Shown here one piece after another: positions 1 through 12,799 of a stretch of 64,000 nucleotides of DNA. Below the pieces are notes generated by a model. That model was not told the origin of the DNA. It was given only the letters and a program-made list of their open reading frames with translations, and searched no databases. The translations under genes and the position numbers were made by a program. The stretch is from Azolla caroliniana (Eukaryota; Plantae; Polypodiophyta). The stretch lies in the NCBI GenBank assembly GCA_043228905.1, contig JBHGNT010000010.1, forward strand, positions 372,001 through 436,000, written 5' to 3'. The stretch's first letter is position 1. Each line of letters begins with the position of its first letter.

Positions 1-3000
1 TTCTCAACTCCCTCCTCAAATTTGGTAATTTCTTCATGTCTCTCGACCTGAGTTTCAAAATCCTAATTTTTTAATTCCATATCATAGGTAGCGTTGTTAG
101 CTTCGATCGCATGTTTGAACACAGAAATCCGGGATCACACGAGCGAGGTATGAACATTTTAAATTAGTCACGGGCTCTTCTCAACTCCCTCCTCAAATTT
201 GGTAATTTCTTCATGTCTCTCGACCTGAGTTTCAAAATCTTGATTTTTTAAATCCATATCATAGGTAGTGTTGTTAGCTTCGAATCGCATGTTTGAACAC
301 AAAAATCCGATATCACATGGGCCAGGTATGAACATTTTATTTTACTCACGGGCTCTTCTCAACTCCTTCTTCTAACTTGCCAATTTCTTCATGTCTCTCG
401 ACCTGAGTTTCAAAATCTTGTTTTTTTAATTCTATATCATAGGTAGCGTTGTTAGCTTCGAATCGCATGTTTGAACACAAATATCCATTATCACACGAGC
501 CAGGTATGAACATTTTAATTTACTCACGGTCTCCTTTCAACTCCCTCCTCAAATTTGGTAATTTCTTCATGGCTCTCGACCTGAGTTTCAAAATCTTGAT
601 TTTTTAATTCTATATCATAGGTAGCATTGTTAGCTTCGAATCGCATGTTTGAACATAGCAATTCGGGATCACACGAGCAAGGTATGAACATTTTAATTTA
701 CTCACGCGCTCTTCTCAACTCCTTCTTCTAACTTGCTAATGTCTTCATATCTCTCGACCTGAGTTTCAAAATCTTGATTTTTTAATTCCATATCATAGGT
801 AGCGTTGTTAGCTTCGATTCGCATGTTTGAACACAAAAATCCGATATCACATGGGCCAGGTATGAACATTTTAATTTACTCACGGGCTCTTCTCAACTCC
901 CTCCTCAAATTTGGTAATTTCTTCATGTCTCTCGACCTGAGTTTCAAAATCTTGATTTTTTAATTCTCTATCATAGATAGCGTTGTTAGCTTCGAATCGC
1001 ATGTCTGAACACAAAAATCCGGGCTCACACGAGCCAGGTATGAACATTTTAATTTACTCACGGGCTCTTCTCAACTCCCTCTTCTAACTTGCCAATTTCT
1101 TCATGTCTCTCGACCTGAGTTTCAAAATCTTGATTTTTTAATTCCATATCATAGATAGCGTTGTTAGCTTCGAATCGCATGTTTGAACACAAAAATCCGA
1201 TATCACATGGGCCAGGTATGAACATTTCAATTTACTCACAGGCTCTTCTCAACTCCCTCTTCTAACTTGCCAATTTCTTCATGTCTCTCGACCTGAGTTT
1301 CAAAATCTTGATTTTTTAATTCCATATCATAGGTAGTGTTGTTAGCTTCGATTCGCATCTTTGAACACAAAATCCTGGTATCACACGAGCCAGGTATGAA
1401 AATTTTAATTTACTCACGCGCTCTTCTCCACTCCCTCGTCAAATTTGGTAATTTCTTCATGTCTCTCGACCTGAGTTTCAAAATCTTGATTTTTTAATTC
1501 TATATCATAGCTAGTGTTGTTAGCTTCGATTCGCATCTTTGAACACAAAAATCTGGTATCACACGAGCCAGGTATGAAAATTTTATTTAGTCACGGGCTC
1601 TTCTCAACTCCCTCCTAAAATTTGGTAATTTCTTCATGTCTCTCGCCCTGAGTTTCAAAATCTTGATTTTTTAATTCCATATCTTAGGTAGCATTGTTAG
1701 CTTCGAATCGCAAGTTTGAACACAAAAATCCGAGATCACACGAGCCAGGTATGAACATTTTAATTTACTCACGGGCTCTTCTCAACTCCCTCTTCTAACT
1801 TGCCACTTTCTTCATGTCTCTCGACCTGAGTTTCAAAATCTTGATTTTTTAATTCCATATCATAGATAGCGTTGTTAGCTTCGAATCGCATGTTTGAACA
1901 CAAAAATCCGATATCACATGGGCCAGGTATGAACATTTTAATTTACTCACGGGCTCTTCTCAACTCCCTCTTCTAACTTGCCAATTTCTTCATGTCTCTC
2001 GACCTGAGTTTCAAAATCTTGATTTTTTAATTCCATATCATAGGTAGTGTTGTTAGCTTCGATTCACATCTTTGAACACAAAAATCTGGTATCACACGAG
2101 CCAGGTATGAAAATTTTAATTTACTCACGCGCTCTTCTCAACTCCCTCGTCAAATTTGGTAATTTGTTCATGTCTCTCGACCTGAGTTTCAAAATCTTGA
2201 TTTTTTAATTCTATATCATAGCTAGTGTTGTTAGCTTCGATTCGCATCTCTGAACACAAAAATATGGTATCACACAAGCCAGGTATGAAAATTTTTAATT
2301 AGTCACGGGCTCTTCTCAACTCCCTCCTAAAATTTGGTAATTTCTTCATGTCTCTCGGCCTGAGTTTCAAAATCTTGATTTTTTAATTCCATATCTTAGG
2401 TAGCGTTGTTAGCTTCGAATCGCAAGTTTGAAAACAAAAATCCGAGATCACACGAGCCAGGTATGAACATTTTAATTTACTCACGGGCTCTTCTCAACTC
2501 CCTCTTCTAACTTGCCACTTTCTTCATGTCTCTCGACCTGAGTTTCAAAATCTTGATTTTTTAATTCCATATCATAGGTAGCGTTATTAGCTTCGAATCG
2601 CATGTTTGAACACAGAAATCCGGGATCACACGAGCCAGGTATGAACATTTTAATTTACTCACGGGCTCTTCTCAACTCCCTCTTCTAACTTGCCAATTTC
2701 TTCATGTCTCTCGTCCTGAGTTTCAAAATCTTGATTTTTTAATTCCATATCATAGATAGCGTTGTTAGCGTCGATTCGCATCTTTGAACACAAAAATCCG
2801 GGATCACACGAGCCAGGTATGAACATTTTAATTTACTCACGCGCTCTTCTCAACTCCCTCCTCAAATTTGGTAATTTCTTCATGTCTCTCGACCTGAGTT
2901 TCAAAATCTTGATTTTTTAATTCTATATCATAGGTAGCGTTGTTAGCTTCGAATCGCAGGTTTGAAAACAAAAATCCGGGATCACACGAGCCAGGTATGA

Positions 3001-4804
3001 ACATTTTAATTTACTCACGGGCTCCTCTCAACTCCCTCCTCAAATTTGGTAATTTCTTCATGTCTCTCGACCTGAGTTTCCAAATCTTGATTTTTTAATT
3101 CCATATCTTAGGTAGCACTGTTAGCTTCGAATCGCATGTTTGAACACAAAAATCCGGGATCACACGAGCCAGGTATGAACATTTTAAATTAGTCACGGGC
3201 TCTTCTCAACTCCCTCGTCAAATTTGGTAATTTCTTCATGTCTCTCGACCTGAGTTTCAAAATCTTGATTTTTTAATTCCATATCATAGGTAGCGATGTT
3301 AGCTTCGATTCGCATCTTTGAACATAAAAATCTGGTATCACACGAGCCATGTATGAACATTTTAAATTAGTCACGGGCTCTTCTCAACTCCCTCCTCAAA
3401 TTTGGTAATTTCTTCATGTCTCTCGCCCTGAGTTTCAAAATCTTGATTTTTTAATTCCATATCATAGGTAGCGTTGTTAGCTTCGAATCGCAAGTTTGAA
3501 CACAAAAATCAGAGATCACACGAGCCAGGTATGAACATTTTAATTTACTCATGGGCTCTTCTCAACTCCCTCTTCTAACTTGCCAATTTCTTCATGTCTC
3601 TCGACCTGAGTTTCAAAATGTTGATTTTTTAATTCCATATCATAGGTAGCGTTGTTAGCTTCGATTCGCATGTTTGAACACAGAAATCCGGGATCACACG
3701 AGCGAGGTATGAACATTTTAATTTACTCACGGGCTCTTCTCAACTCCTTCTTCTAACTCGCCAATTTCTTCATGTCTCTCGACCTGAGTTTCAAAATCTT
3801 GATTTTTTAATTCCATATCATAGGTAGCGTTGTTAGCTTCGAATCGCATGTTTGAACACAAAAATTCGATATCACATGGGCCAGCTATCAACATTTTAAT
3901 TTACTCACGGGCTCTTCTCAACTCCCTCTTCAAATTTGGTAATTTCTTCATGTCTCTCGACCTGAGTTTGAAAATCTTGATTTTTTAATTCCATATCATA
4001 GGTAGCGTTGTTAGCTTCGTTTCGCATGTTTGAACACAGAAATCCGGGATCACACGAGGCAGGTATGAACATTTTAATTTATTCACGCGCTCTTCTCAAC
4101 TCCCTCGTCAAATTTGGTAATTTCCTCATGTCTCTCGACCTGAGTTTCAAAATGTTGATTTTTTAATTCCATATCATAGGTAGCGTTGTTAGCTTCGATT
4201 CGGATCTTTGAACACAAACATCCGGGATCACACGAGCCAGGTATGAACATTTTAATTTACTCACGCGCTCTTCTCAACTCCCTCCTCAAATTTGGTAATT
4301 TCTTCATGTCTCTCGACCTGAGTTTCAAAATCTTGATTTTTTAATTCCAAATCTTAGGTAGCGTTGTTAGCTTCGATTCGCATCTTTGAACACAAAAATC
4401 CGGGATCACACGAGCCAGGTATGAACATTTTAAATTACTCACGGGGTCTTCTCAACTCCCTCCTCAAATTTGGTAATTTCTTCATGGCTCTCGACCTGAG
4501 TTTCAAAATCTTGATTTTTTAATTCCATATCTTAGGTAGCGTTGTTAGCTTCGAATCGCATGTTTGAACACAAAAATCCGAGATCACACGAGCCAGGTAT
4601 GAACATTTTAAATTAGTCACGGGCTCTTCTCAACTCCCTCCTCAAATTTGGTAATTTCTTCATGTCTCTCGACCTGAGTTTCAAAATCTTGATTTTTTAA
4701 TTCCATATCATAGGTAGCGTTGTTAGCTTCGATTCGCATGTTTGAACACAGAAATCCGGGATCACACGAGCCAGGTATGAACATTTTAATTTATTCACGC
4801 GCTC

Positions 4805-4991
4805 TTCTCAACTCCCTCCTCAAATTTGGTAATTTCTTCACGGGTTCCTCTCAACTCCTTTTTCTAACTTGCCAATTTCCTCATGTCTCTCGAATCATAG
4901 GTAGCGTTGTTAGCTTCGAATCGCATGTTTGAACACAAAAATCCGATATCACATGGGCCAGGTATGAACATTTTAATTTACTCACTGGCTC
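4805..4991 (+). repeat. Rearranged 187-bp monomer (43-bp extra segment plus 34-bp deletion)
   Basis: aatttcttca|cgggttcctc at 4840/4841 re-enters the monomer 43 bp earlier, and tctctcga|atcatagg at 4893 skips 34 bp. Monomer starts at 4805 and 4992 are 187 bp apart. Confidence 0.93.
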
Positions 4992-6489
4992 TTCTCAACT
5001 CCCTCGTCTAACTTGCCAATTTCTTCATGTCTCTCGACCTGAGTTTCAAAATCTTGATTTTTTAATTCCATATCATAGGTAGTGTTGTTAGCTTCGATTC
5101 GCATCTTTGAACACAAAAATCTGGTATCACACGAGCCAGGTATGAAAATTTTAATTTACTCACGCGCTCTTCTCAATTCCCTCTTCTAACTTGCCAATTT
5201 CTTTATGTCTCTTGACCTGAGTTTCAAAATCTTGATTTTTTAATTCCATATCATAGGTAGCGTTGTTAGCTTCGATTCGCATCTTTGAACACAAAAATCC
5301 GGTATCACACGAGCCAGGTATGAACATTTTAATTTACTCACGGGCTCTTCTCAACTCCCTCTTCTAACTTGCCAATTTCTTCATGTCTCTCGACCTGAGT
5401 TTCAAAATCTTGATTGTTTAATTCCATATCATAGGTAGCGTTGTTAGCTTCGATTCGCATGTTTGAACACAGAAATCCGGGATCACACGAGCCAGGTATG
5501 AACATTTTAATTTATTCACGCGCTCTTCTCAACTCCCTCCTCAAATTTGGTAATTTCTTCATGTCTCTCGACCTGAGTTTCAAAATCATGATTTCTTAAT
5601 TCTATATCATAGCTAGCATTGTCAGCTTTGATTCGCATCTTTGAACACAAAAATCCGGGATCACACGAGCCAGGTATGAACATTTTAATTTACTCACACG
5701 CTTTTCTCAACTCCCTCCTCAAATTTGGTAATTTCTTCATGTCTCTTGACCTGAGTTTCAAAATCTTGATTTTTTAAATCCATATCATAGGTAGCGTTGT
5801 TAGCTTCGAATCGCATGTTTGAACACAAAAATCCGAGATCACACGAGCCAGGTATGAACATTTTAAATCAGTCACGGGCACTTCTCAACTCCCTCCTCAA
5901 ATTTGGTAATTTCTTCATGTCTCTCGACCTGAGTTTCAAAATCTTGATTTTTTAATTCCATATCATAGGTAGCGTTGTTAGCTTCGAATCGCATGTTTGA
6001 ACACAGAAATCCGGGATCACACGAGCCAGGTATGAACATTTTAATTTATTCACGCGCTCTTCTCAACTCCGTCCTCAAATTTGGTAATTTCTTCATCTCT
6101 CTCGACCTGAGTTACAAAATCTTGATTTTTTAATTCCATATCATAGGTAGCGTTATTAGCTTCGATTCGCATGTTTCAACACAGAAATCCGGGATCACAC
6201 AAGCCAGGTATGAACATTTTAATTTACTCATGGGCTCTTCTCAACTCCCTCCTCAAATTTGGTAATTTCTTCATGTCTCTTGACCTGAGTTTAAAAATCT
6301 TGATTTTTTAATTCCATATCATAGGTAGCATTATTAGGTTCGATTCGCATGTTTCAACACAGAAATCCGAGATCACACGAGCCAGGTATGAACATTTTAA
6401 ATTAGTCACGGGCTCTTCTCAACTCCTTCTTCTAACTTGCTAATGTCTTCATGTCTCTCGACCTGAGTTTCAAAATCTTGATTTTTTAA

Positions 6490-7560
6490 TTCCATATCAT
6501 AGGTAGCGTTATTAGCTTCGATTCGCATGTTTGAACACAAAAATCCGATATCACATGGGCCAGGTATGAACATTTTAATTTACTCACGGGCTCTTCTCAA
6601 CTCCCTCCTCAAATTTGGTAATTTCTTCATGTCTCTCGACCTGAGTTTCAAAATCTTGATTTTTTAATTCTATATCATAGATAGCGTTGTTAGCTTCGAA
6701 TCGCATGTCTGAACACAAAAATCCGGGCTCACACGAGCCAGGTATGAACATTTTAATTTACTCACGGGCTCTTCTCAACTCCCTCTTCTAACTTGCCAAT
6801 TTCTTCATGTCTCTCGACCTGAGTTTCAAAATCTTGATTTTTTAATTCCATATCATAGATATCGTTGTTAGCTTCGAATCGCATGTTTGAACACAAAAAT
6901 CCGATATCACATGGGCCAGGTATGAACATTTCAATTTACTCACGGGCTCTTCTCAACTCCCTCTTCTAACTTGCCAATTTCTTCATGTCTCTCGACCTGA
7001 GTTTCAAAATCTTGAATTTTTAATTCCATATCATAGGTAGCGTTATTAGCTTCGATTCGCATGTTTGAACACAAAAATCCGATATCACATGGGCCAGGTA
7101 TGAACATTTTAATTTACTCACGGGCTCTTCTCAACTCCCTCCTCAAATTTGGTAATTTCTTCATGTCTCTCGACCTGAGTTTCAAAATCTTGATTTTTTA
7201 ATTCTATATCATAGATAGCGTTGTTAGCTTCGAATCGCATGTCTGAACACAAAAATCCGGGCTCACACGAGCCAGGTATGAACATTTTAATTTACTCACG
7301 GGCTCTTCTCAAATCCCTCTTCTAACTTGCCAATTTCTTCATGTCTCTCGACCTGAGTTTCAAAATCTTGATTTTTTAATTCCATATCATAGATAGCGTT
7401 GTTAGCTTCGAATCGCATGTTTGAACACAAAAATCCGATATCACATGGGCCAGGTATGAACATTTCAATTTACTCACGGGCTCTTCTCAACTCCCTCTTC
7501 TAACTTGCCAATTTCTTCATGTCTCTCGACCTGATTTTGAAAATCTTGATTTTTTAATTC
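6490..7560 (+). repeat. Tandem duplication of a 3-monomer unit (534 bp)
   Basis: The variant series gttattagc / gtctgaac..gggctcac / catttcaatt repeats, with gtctgaac at 6707 and 7241 (offset 534). The related block at about 780-1320 has one copy. Confidence 0.85.
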
Positions 7561-10500
7561 CATATCATAGGTAGTGTTGTTAGCTTCGATTCGCATCTTT
7601 GAACACAAAATCCTGGTATCACACGAGCCAGGTATGAAAATTTTAATTTACTCACGCGCTCTTCTCCACTCCCTCGTCAAATTTGGTAATTTCTTCATGT
7701 CTCTCGACCTGAGTTTCAAAATCTTGATTTTTTAATTCTATATCATAGCTAGTGTTGTTAGCTTCGATTCGCATCTTTGAACACAAAAATCTGGTATCAC
7801 ACGAGCCAGGTATGAAAATTTTATTTAGTCACGGGCTCTTCTCAACTCCCTCCTAAAATTTGGTAATTTCTTCATGTCTCTCGCCCTGAGTTTCAAAATC
7901 TTGATTTTTTAATTCCATATCTTAGGTAGCATTGTTAGCTTCGAATCGCAAGTTTGAACACAAAAATCCGAGATCACACGAGCCAGGTATGAACATTTTA
8001 ATTTACTCACGGGCTCTTCTCAACTCCCTCTTCTAACTTGCCACTTTCTTCATGTCTCTCGACCTGAGTTTCAAAATCTTGATTTTTTAATTCCATATCA
8101 TAGATAGCGTTGTTAGCTTCGAATCGCATGTTTGAACACAAAAATCCGATATCACATGGGCCAGGTATGAACATTTTAATTTACTCACGGGCTCTTCTCA
8201 ACTCCCTCTTCTAACTTGCCAATTTCTTCATGTCTCTCGACCTGAGTTTCAAAATCTTGATTTTTTAATTCCATATCATAGGTAGTGTTGTTAGCTTCGA
8301 TTCACATCTTTGAACACAAAAATCTGGTATCACACGAGCCAGGTATGAAAATTTTAATTTACTCACGCGCTCTTCTCAACTCCCTCGTCAAATTTGGTAA
8401 TTTCTTCATATCTCTCGACCTGAGTTTCAAAATCTTGATTTTTTAATTCTATATCATAGCTAGTGTTGTTAGCTTCGATTCGCATCTTTGAACACAAAAA
8501 TATGGTATCACACAAGCCAGGTATGAAAATTTTTAATTAGTCACGGGCTCTTCTCAACTCCCTCCTAAAATTTGGTAATTTCTTCATGTCTCTCGGCCTG
8601 AGTTTCAAAATCTTTATTTTTTAATTCCATATCATAGGTAGCGTTGTTAGCTTCGAATCGCAAGTTTGAAAACAAAAATCCGAGATCACACGAGCCAGGT
8701 ATGAACATTTTAATTTACTCACGGGCTCTTCTCAACTCCCTCTTCTAACTTGCCACATTCTTCATGTCTCTCGACCTGAGTTTCAAAATCTTGATTTTTT
8801 AATTCCATATCATAGGTAGCGTTATTAGCTTCGAATCGCATGTTTGAACACAGAAATCCGGGATCACACGAGCCAGGTATGAACATTTTAATTTACTCAC
8901 GGGCTCTTCTCAACTCCCTCTTCTAACTTGCCAATTTCTTCATGTCTCTCGTCCTGAGTTTCAAAATCTTGATTTTTTAATTCCATATCATAGATAGCGT
9001 TGTTAGCGTCGATTCGCATCTTTGAACACAAAAATCCGGAATCACACGAGCCAGGTATGAACATTTTAATTTACTCACGCGCTCTTCTCAACTCCCTCCT
9101 CAAATTTGGTAATTTCTTCATGTCTCTCGACCTGAGTTTCAAAATCTTGATTTTTTAATTCTATATCATAGGTAGCGTTGTTAGCTTCGAATCGCAGGTT
9201 TGAAAACAAAAATCCGGGATCACACGAGCCAGGTATGAACATTTTAATTTACTCACGGGCTCCTCTCAACTCCCTCCTCAAATTTGGTAATTTCTTCATG
9301 TCTCTCGACCTGAGTTTCCAAATCTTGATTTTTTAATTCCATATCTTAGGTAGCACTGTTAGCTTCGAATCGCATGTTTGAACACAAAAATCCGGGATCA
9401 CACGAGCCAGGTATGAACATTTTAATTTACTCACGGGCTCCTCTCAACTCCCTCCTCAAATTTGGTAATTTCTTCATGTCTCTCGACCTGAGTTTCAAAA
9501 TCTTGATTTTTTAATTCCATATCATAGGTAGCGTTGTTAGCTTCGATTCGCATCTTTGAACATAAAAATCCGGTATCACACGAGCCAGGTATGAACATTT
9601 TAATTTACTCACGGGCTCCTCTCAACTCCCTCCTCAAATTTGGTAATTTCTTCATGTCTCTCGACCTGAGTTTCCAAATCTTGATTTTTTAATTCCATAT
9701 CTTAGGTAGCACTGTTAGCTTCGAATCGCATGTTTGAACACGAAAATCCGGGATCACACGAGCCAGGTATGAACATTTTAATTTACTCACGGGCTCCTCT
9801 CAACTCCCTCCTCAAATTTGGTAATTTCTTCATGTCTCTCGACCTGAGTTTCAAAATGTTGATTTTTTAATTCCATATCATAGGTAGCGTTGTTAGCTTC
9901 GATTCGCATGTTTGAACACAGAAATCCGGGATCACACGAGCGAGGTATGAACATTTTAATTTACTCACGGGCTCTTCTCAACTCCTTCTTCTAACTTGCC
10001 AATTTCTTCATGTCTCTCGACCTGAGTTTCAAAATCTTGATTTTTTAATTCCATATCATAGGTAGCGTTATTAGCTTCGAATCGCATGTTTGAACACAGA
10101 AATCCGAGATCACACGAGCCAGGTATGAACATTTTAATTTACTCACGGGCTCTTCTCAACTCCCTCTTCTAACTTGCCAATTTCTTCATGTCTCTCGACC
10201 TGAGTTTCAAAATCTTGATTGTTTAATTCGATATCATAGGTAGCGTTGTTAGCTTCGAATCGCAAGTTTGAACACAAAAATCCGAGATCACACGAGCCAG
10301 GTATGAACATTTTAATTTATTCACGCGCTCTTCTCAACTCCCTCCTCAAATTTGGTAATTTCTTCATGTCTCTCGACCTGAGTTTCAAAATCCTAATTTT
10401 TTAATTCCATATCATAGGTAGCGTTGTTAGCTTCGATTCGCATGTTTGAACACAGAAATCCGGGATCACACGAGCGAGGTATGAACATTTTAAATTAGTC

Positions 10501-12799
10501 ACGGGCTCTTCTCAACTCCCTCCTCAAATTTGGTAATTTCTTCATGTCTCTCGACCTGAGTTTCAAAATCTTGATTTTTTAAATCCATATCATAGGTAGT
10601 GTTGTTAGCTTCGAATCGCATGTTTGAACACAAAAATCCGATATCACATGGGCCAGGTATGAACATTTTATTTTACTCACGGGCTCTTCTCAACTCCTTC
10701 TTCTAACTTGCCAATTTCTTCATGTCTCTCGACCTGAGTTTCAAAATCTTTTTTTTTTAATTCTATATCATAGGTAGCGTTGTTAGCTTCGAATCGCATG
10801 TTTGAACACAAAAATCCGATATCACATGGGCCAGCTATCAACATTTTAATTTACTCACGGGCTCTTCTCAACTCCCTCCTCAAATTTGGTAATTTCTTCA
10901 TGTCTCTCGACCTGAGTTTGAAAATCTTGATTTTTTAATTCCATATCATAGGTAGCGTTGTTAGCTTCGTTTCGCATGTTTGAACACAAAAATCCGGGAA
11001 CACACGAGGCAGGTATGAACATTTTAATTTATTCACGCGCTCTTCTCAACTCCCTCGTCAAATTTGGTAATTTCCTCATGTCTCTCGATCTAAGTTTCAA
11101 AATGTTGATTTTTTAATTCCATATCATAGGTAGCGTTGTTAGCTTCGATTCGGATCTTTGAACACAAAAATCCGGGATCACACGAGCCAGGTATGAACAT
11201 TTTAATTTATTCACGCGCTCTTCTCAACTCCCTCCTCAAATTTGGTAATTTCTTCATGTCTCTCGACCTGAGTTTCAAAATATTGATTTTTTAATTCCAT
11301 ATCATAGCTAGTGTTGTTAGCTTCGATTCAAATGTTTGAACACAAAAATCCGATATCACGTGGGCCAGCTATCAACATTTTAATTTACTCACTGGCTCTT
11401 CTCAACTCCCTCGTCTAACTTGCCAATTTCTTCATGTCTCTCGACCTGAGTTTCAAAATCTTGATTTTTTAATTCCATATCATAGGTAGTGTTGTTAGCT
11501 TCGATTCGCATCTTTGAACACAAAAATCTGGTATCACACGAGCCAGGTATGAAAATTTTAATTTACTCACGCGCTCTTCTCAACTCCCTCTTCTAACTTG
11601 CCAATTTCTTTATGTCTCTTGACCTGAGTTTCAAAATCTTGATTTTTTAATTCCATATCTTAGGTAGCGTTGTTAGCTTCGATTCGCATCTTTGAACACA
11701 AAAATCCGGTATCACACGAGCCAGGTATGAACATTTTAATTTACTCACGGGCTCTTCTCAACTCCCTCTTCTAACTTGCCAATTTCTTCATGTCTCTCGA
11801 CCTGAGTTTCAAAATCTTGATTGTTTAATTCCATATCATAGGTAGCGTTGTTAGCTTCGATTCGCATGTTTGAACACAGAAATCCGGGATCACACGAGCC
11901 AGGTATGAACATTTTAATTTATTCACGCGCTCTTCTCAACTCCCTCCTCAAATTTGGTAATTTCTTCATGTCTCTCGACCTGAGTTTCAAAATCATGATT
12001 TCTTAATTCTATATCATAGCTAGCATTGTCAGCTTTGATTCGCATCTTTGAACACAAAAATCCGGGATCACACGAGCCAGGTATGAACATTTTAATTTAC
12101 TCACGCGCTTTTCTCAACTCCCTCCTCAAATTTGGTAATTTCTTCATGTCTCTTGACCTGAGTTTCAAAATCTTGATTTTTTAAATCCATATCATAGGTA
12201 GCGTTGTTAGCTTCGAATCGCATGTTTGAACACAAAAATCCAAGATCACACGAGCCAGGTATGAACATTTTAAATCAGTCACGGGCACTTCTCAACTCCC
12301 TCCTCAAATTTGGTAATTTCTTCATGTCTCTCGACCTGAGTTTCAAAATGTTGATTTTTTAATTCCATATCATAGGTAGCGTTGTTAGCTTCGAATCGCA
12401 TGTTTGAACACAGAAATCCGGGATCACACGAGCCAGGTATGAACATTTTAATTTATTCACGCGCTCTTCTCAACTCCGTCCTCAAATTTGGTAATTTCTT
12501 CATGTCTCTCGACCTGAGTTTCAAAATCTTGATTTTTTAATTCCATATCATAGGTAGCGTTATTAGCTTCGATTCGCATGTTTCAACACAGAAATCCGGG
12601 ATCACACAAGCCAGGTATGAACATTTTAATTTACTCATGGGCTCTTCTCAACTCCCTCCTCAAATTTGGTAATTTCTTCATGTCTCTTGACCTGAGTTTA
12701 AAAATCTTGATTTTTTAATTCCATATCATAGGTAGCGTTATTAGCTTCGATTCGCATGTTTCAACACAGAAATCCGAGATCACACGAGCCAGGTATGAA

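Noticed and set aside
275-325. CENP-B box
   Set aside because: ttcg and cggg both occur in the monomer but not in the TTCGnnnnAnnCGGG spacing on either strand.
4720-4932. 70-aa ORF (+)
   Set aside because: It starts at ttg within satellite sequence and is open only because the rearranged monomer removes the usual stop. It resembles no protein family I know.
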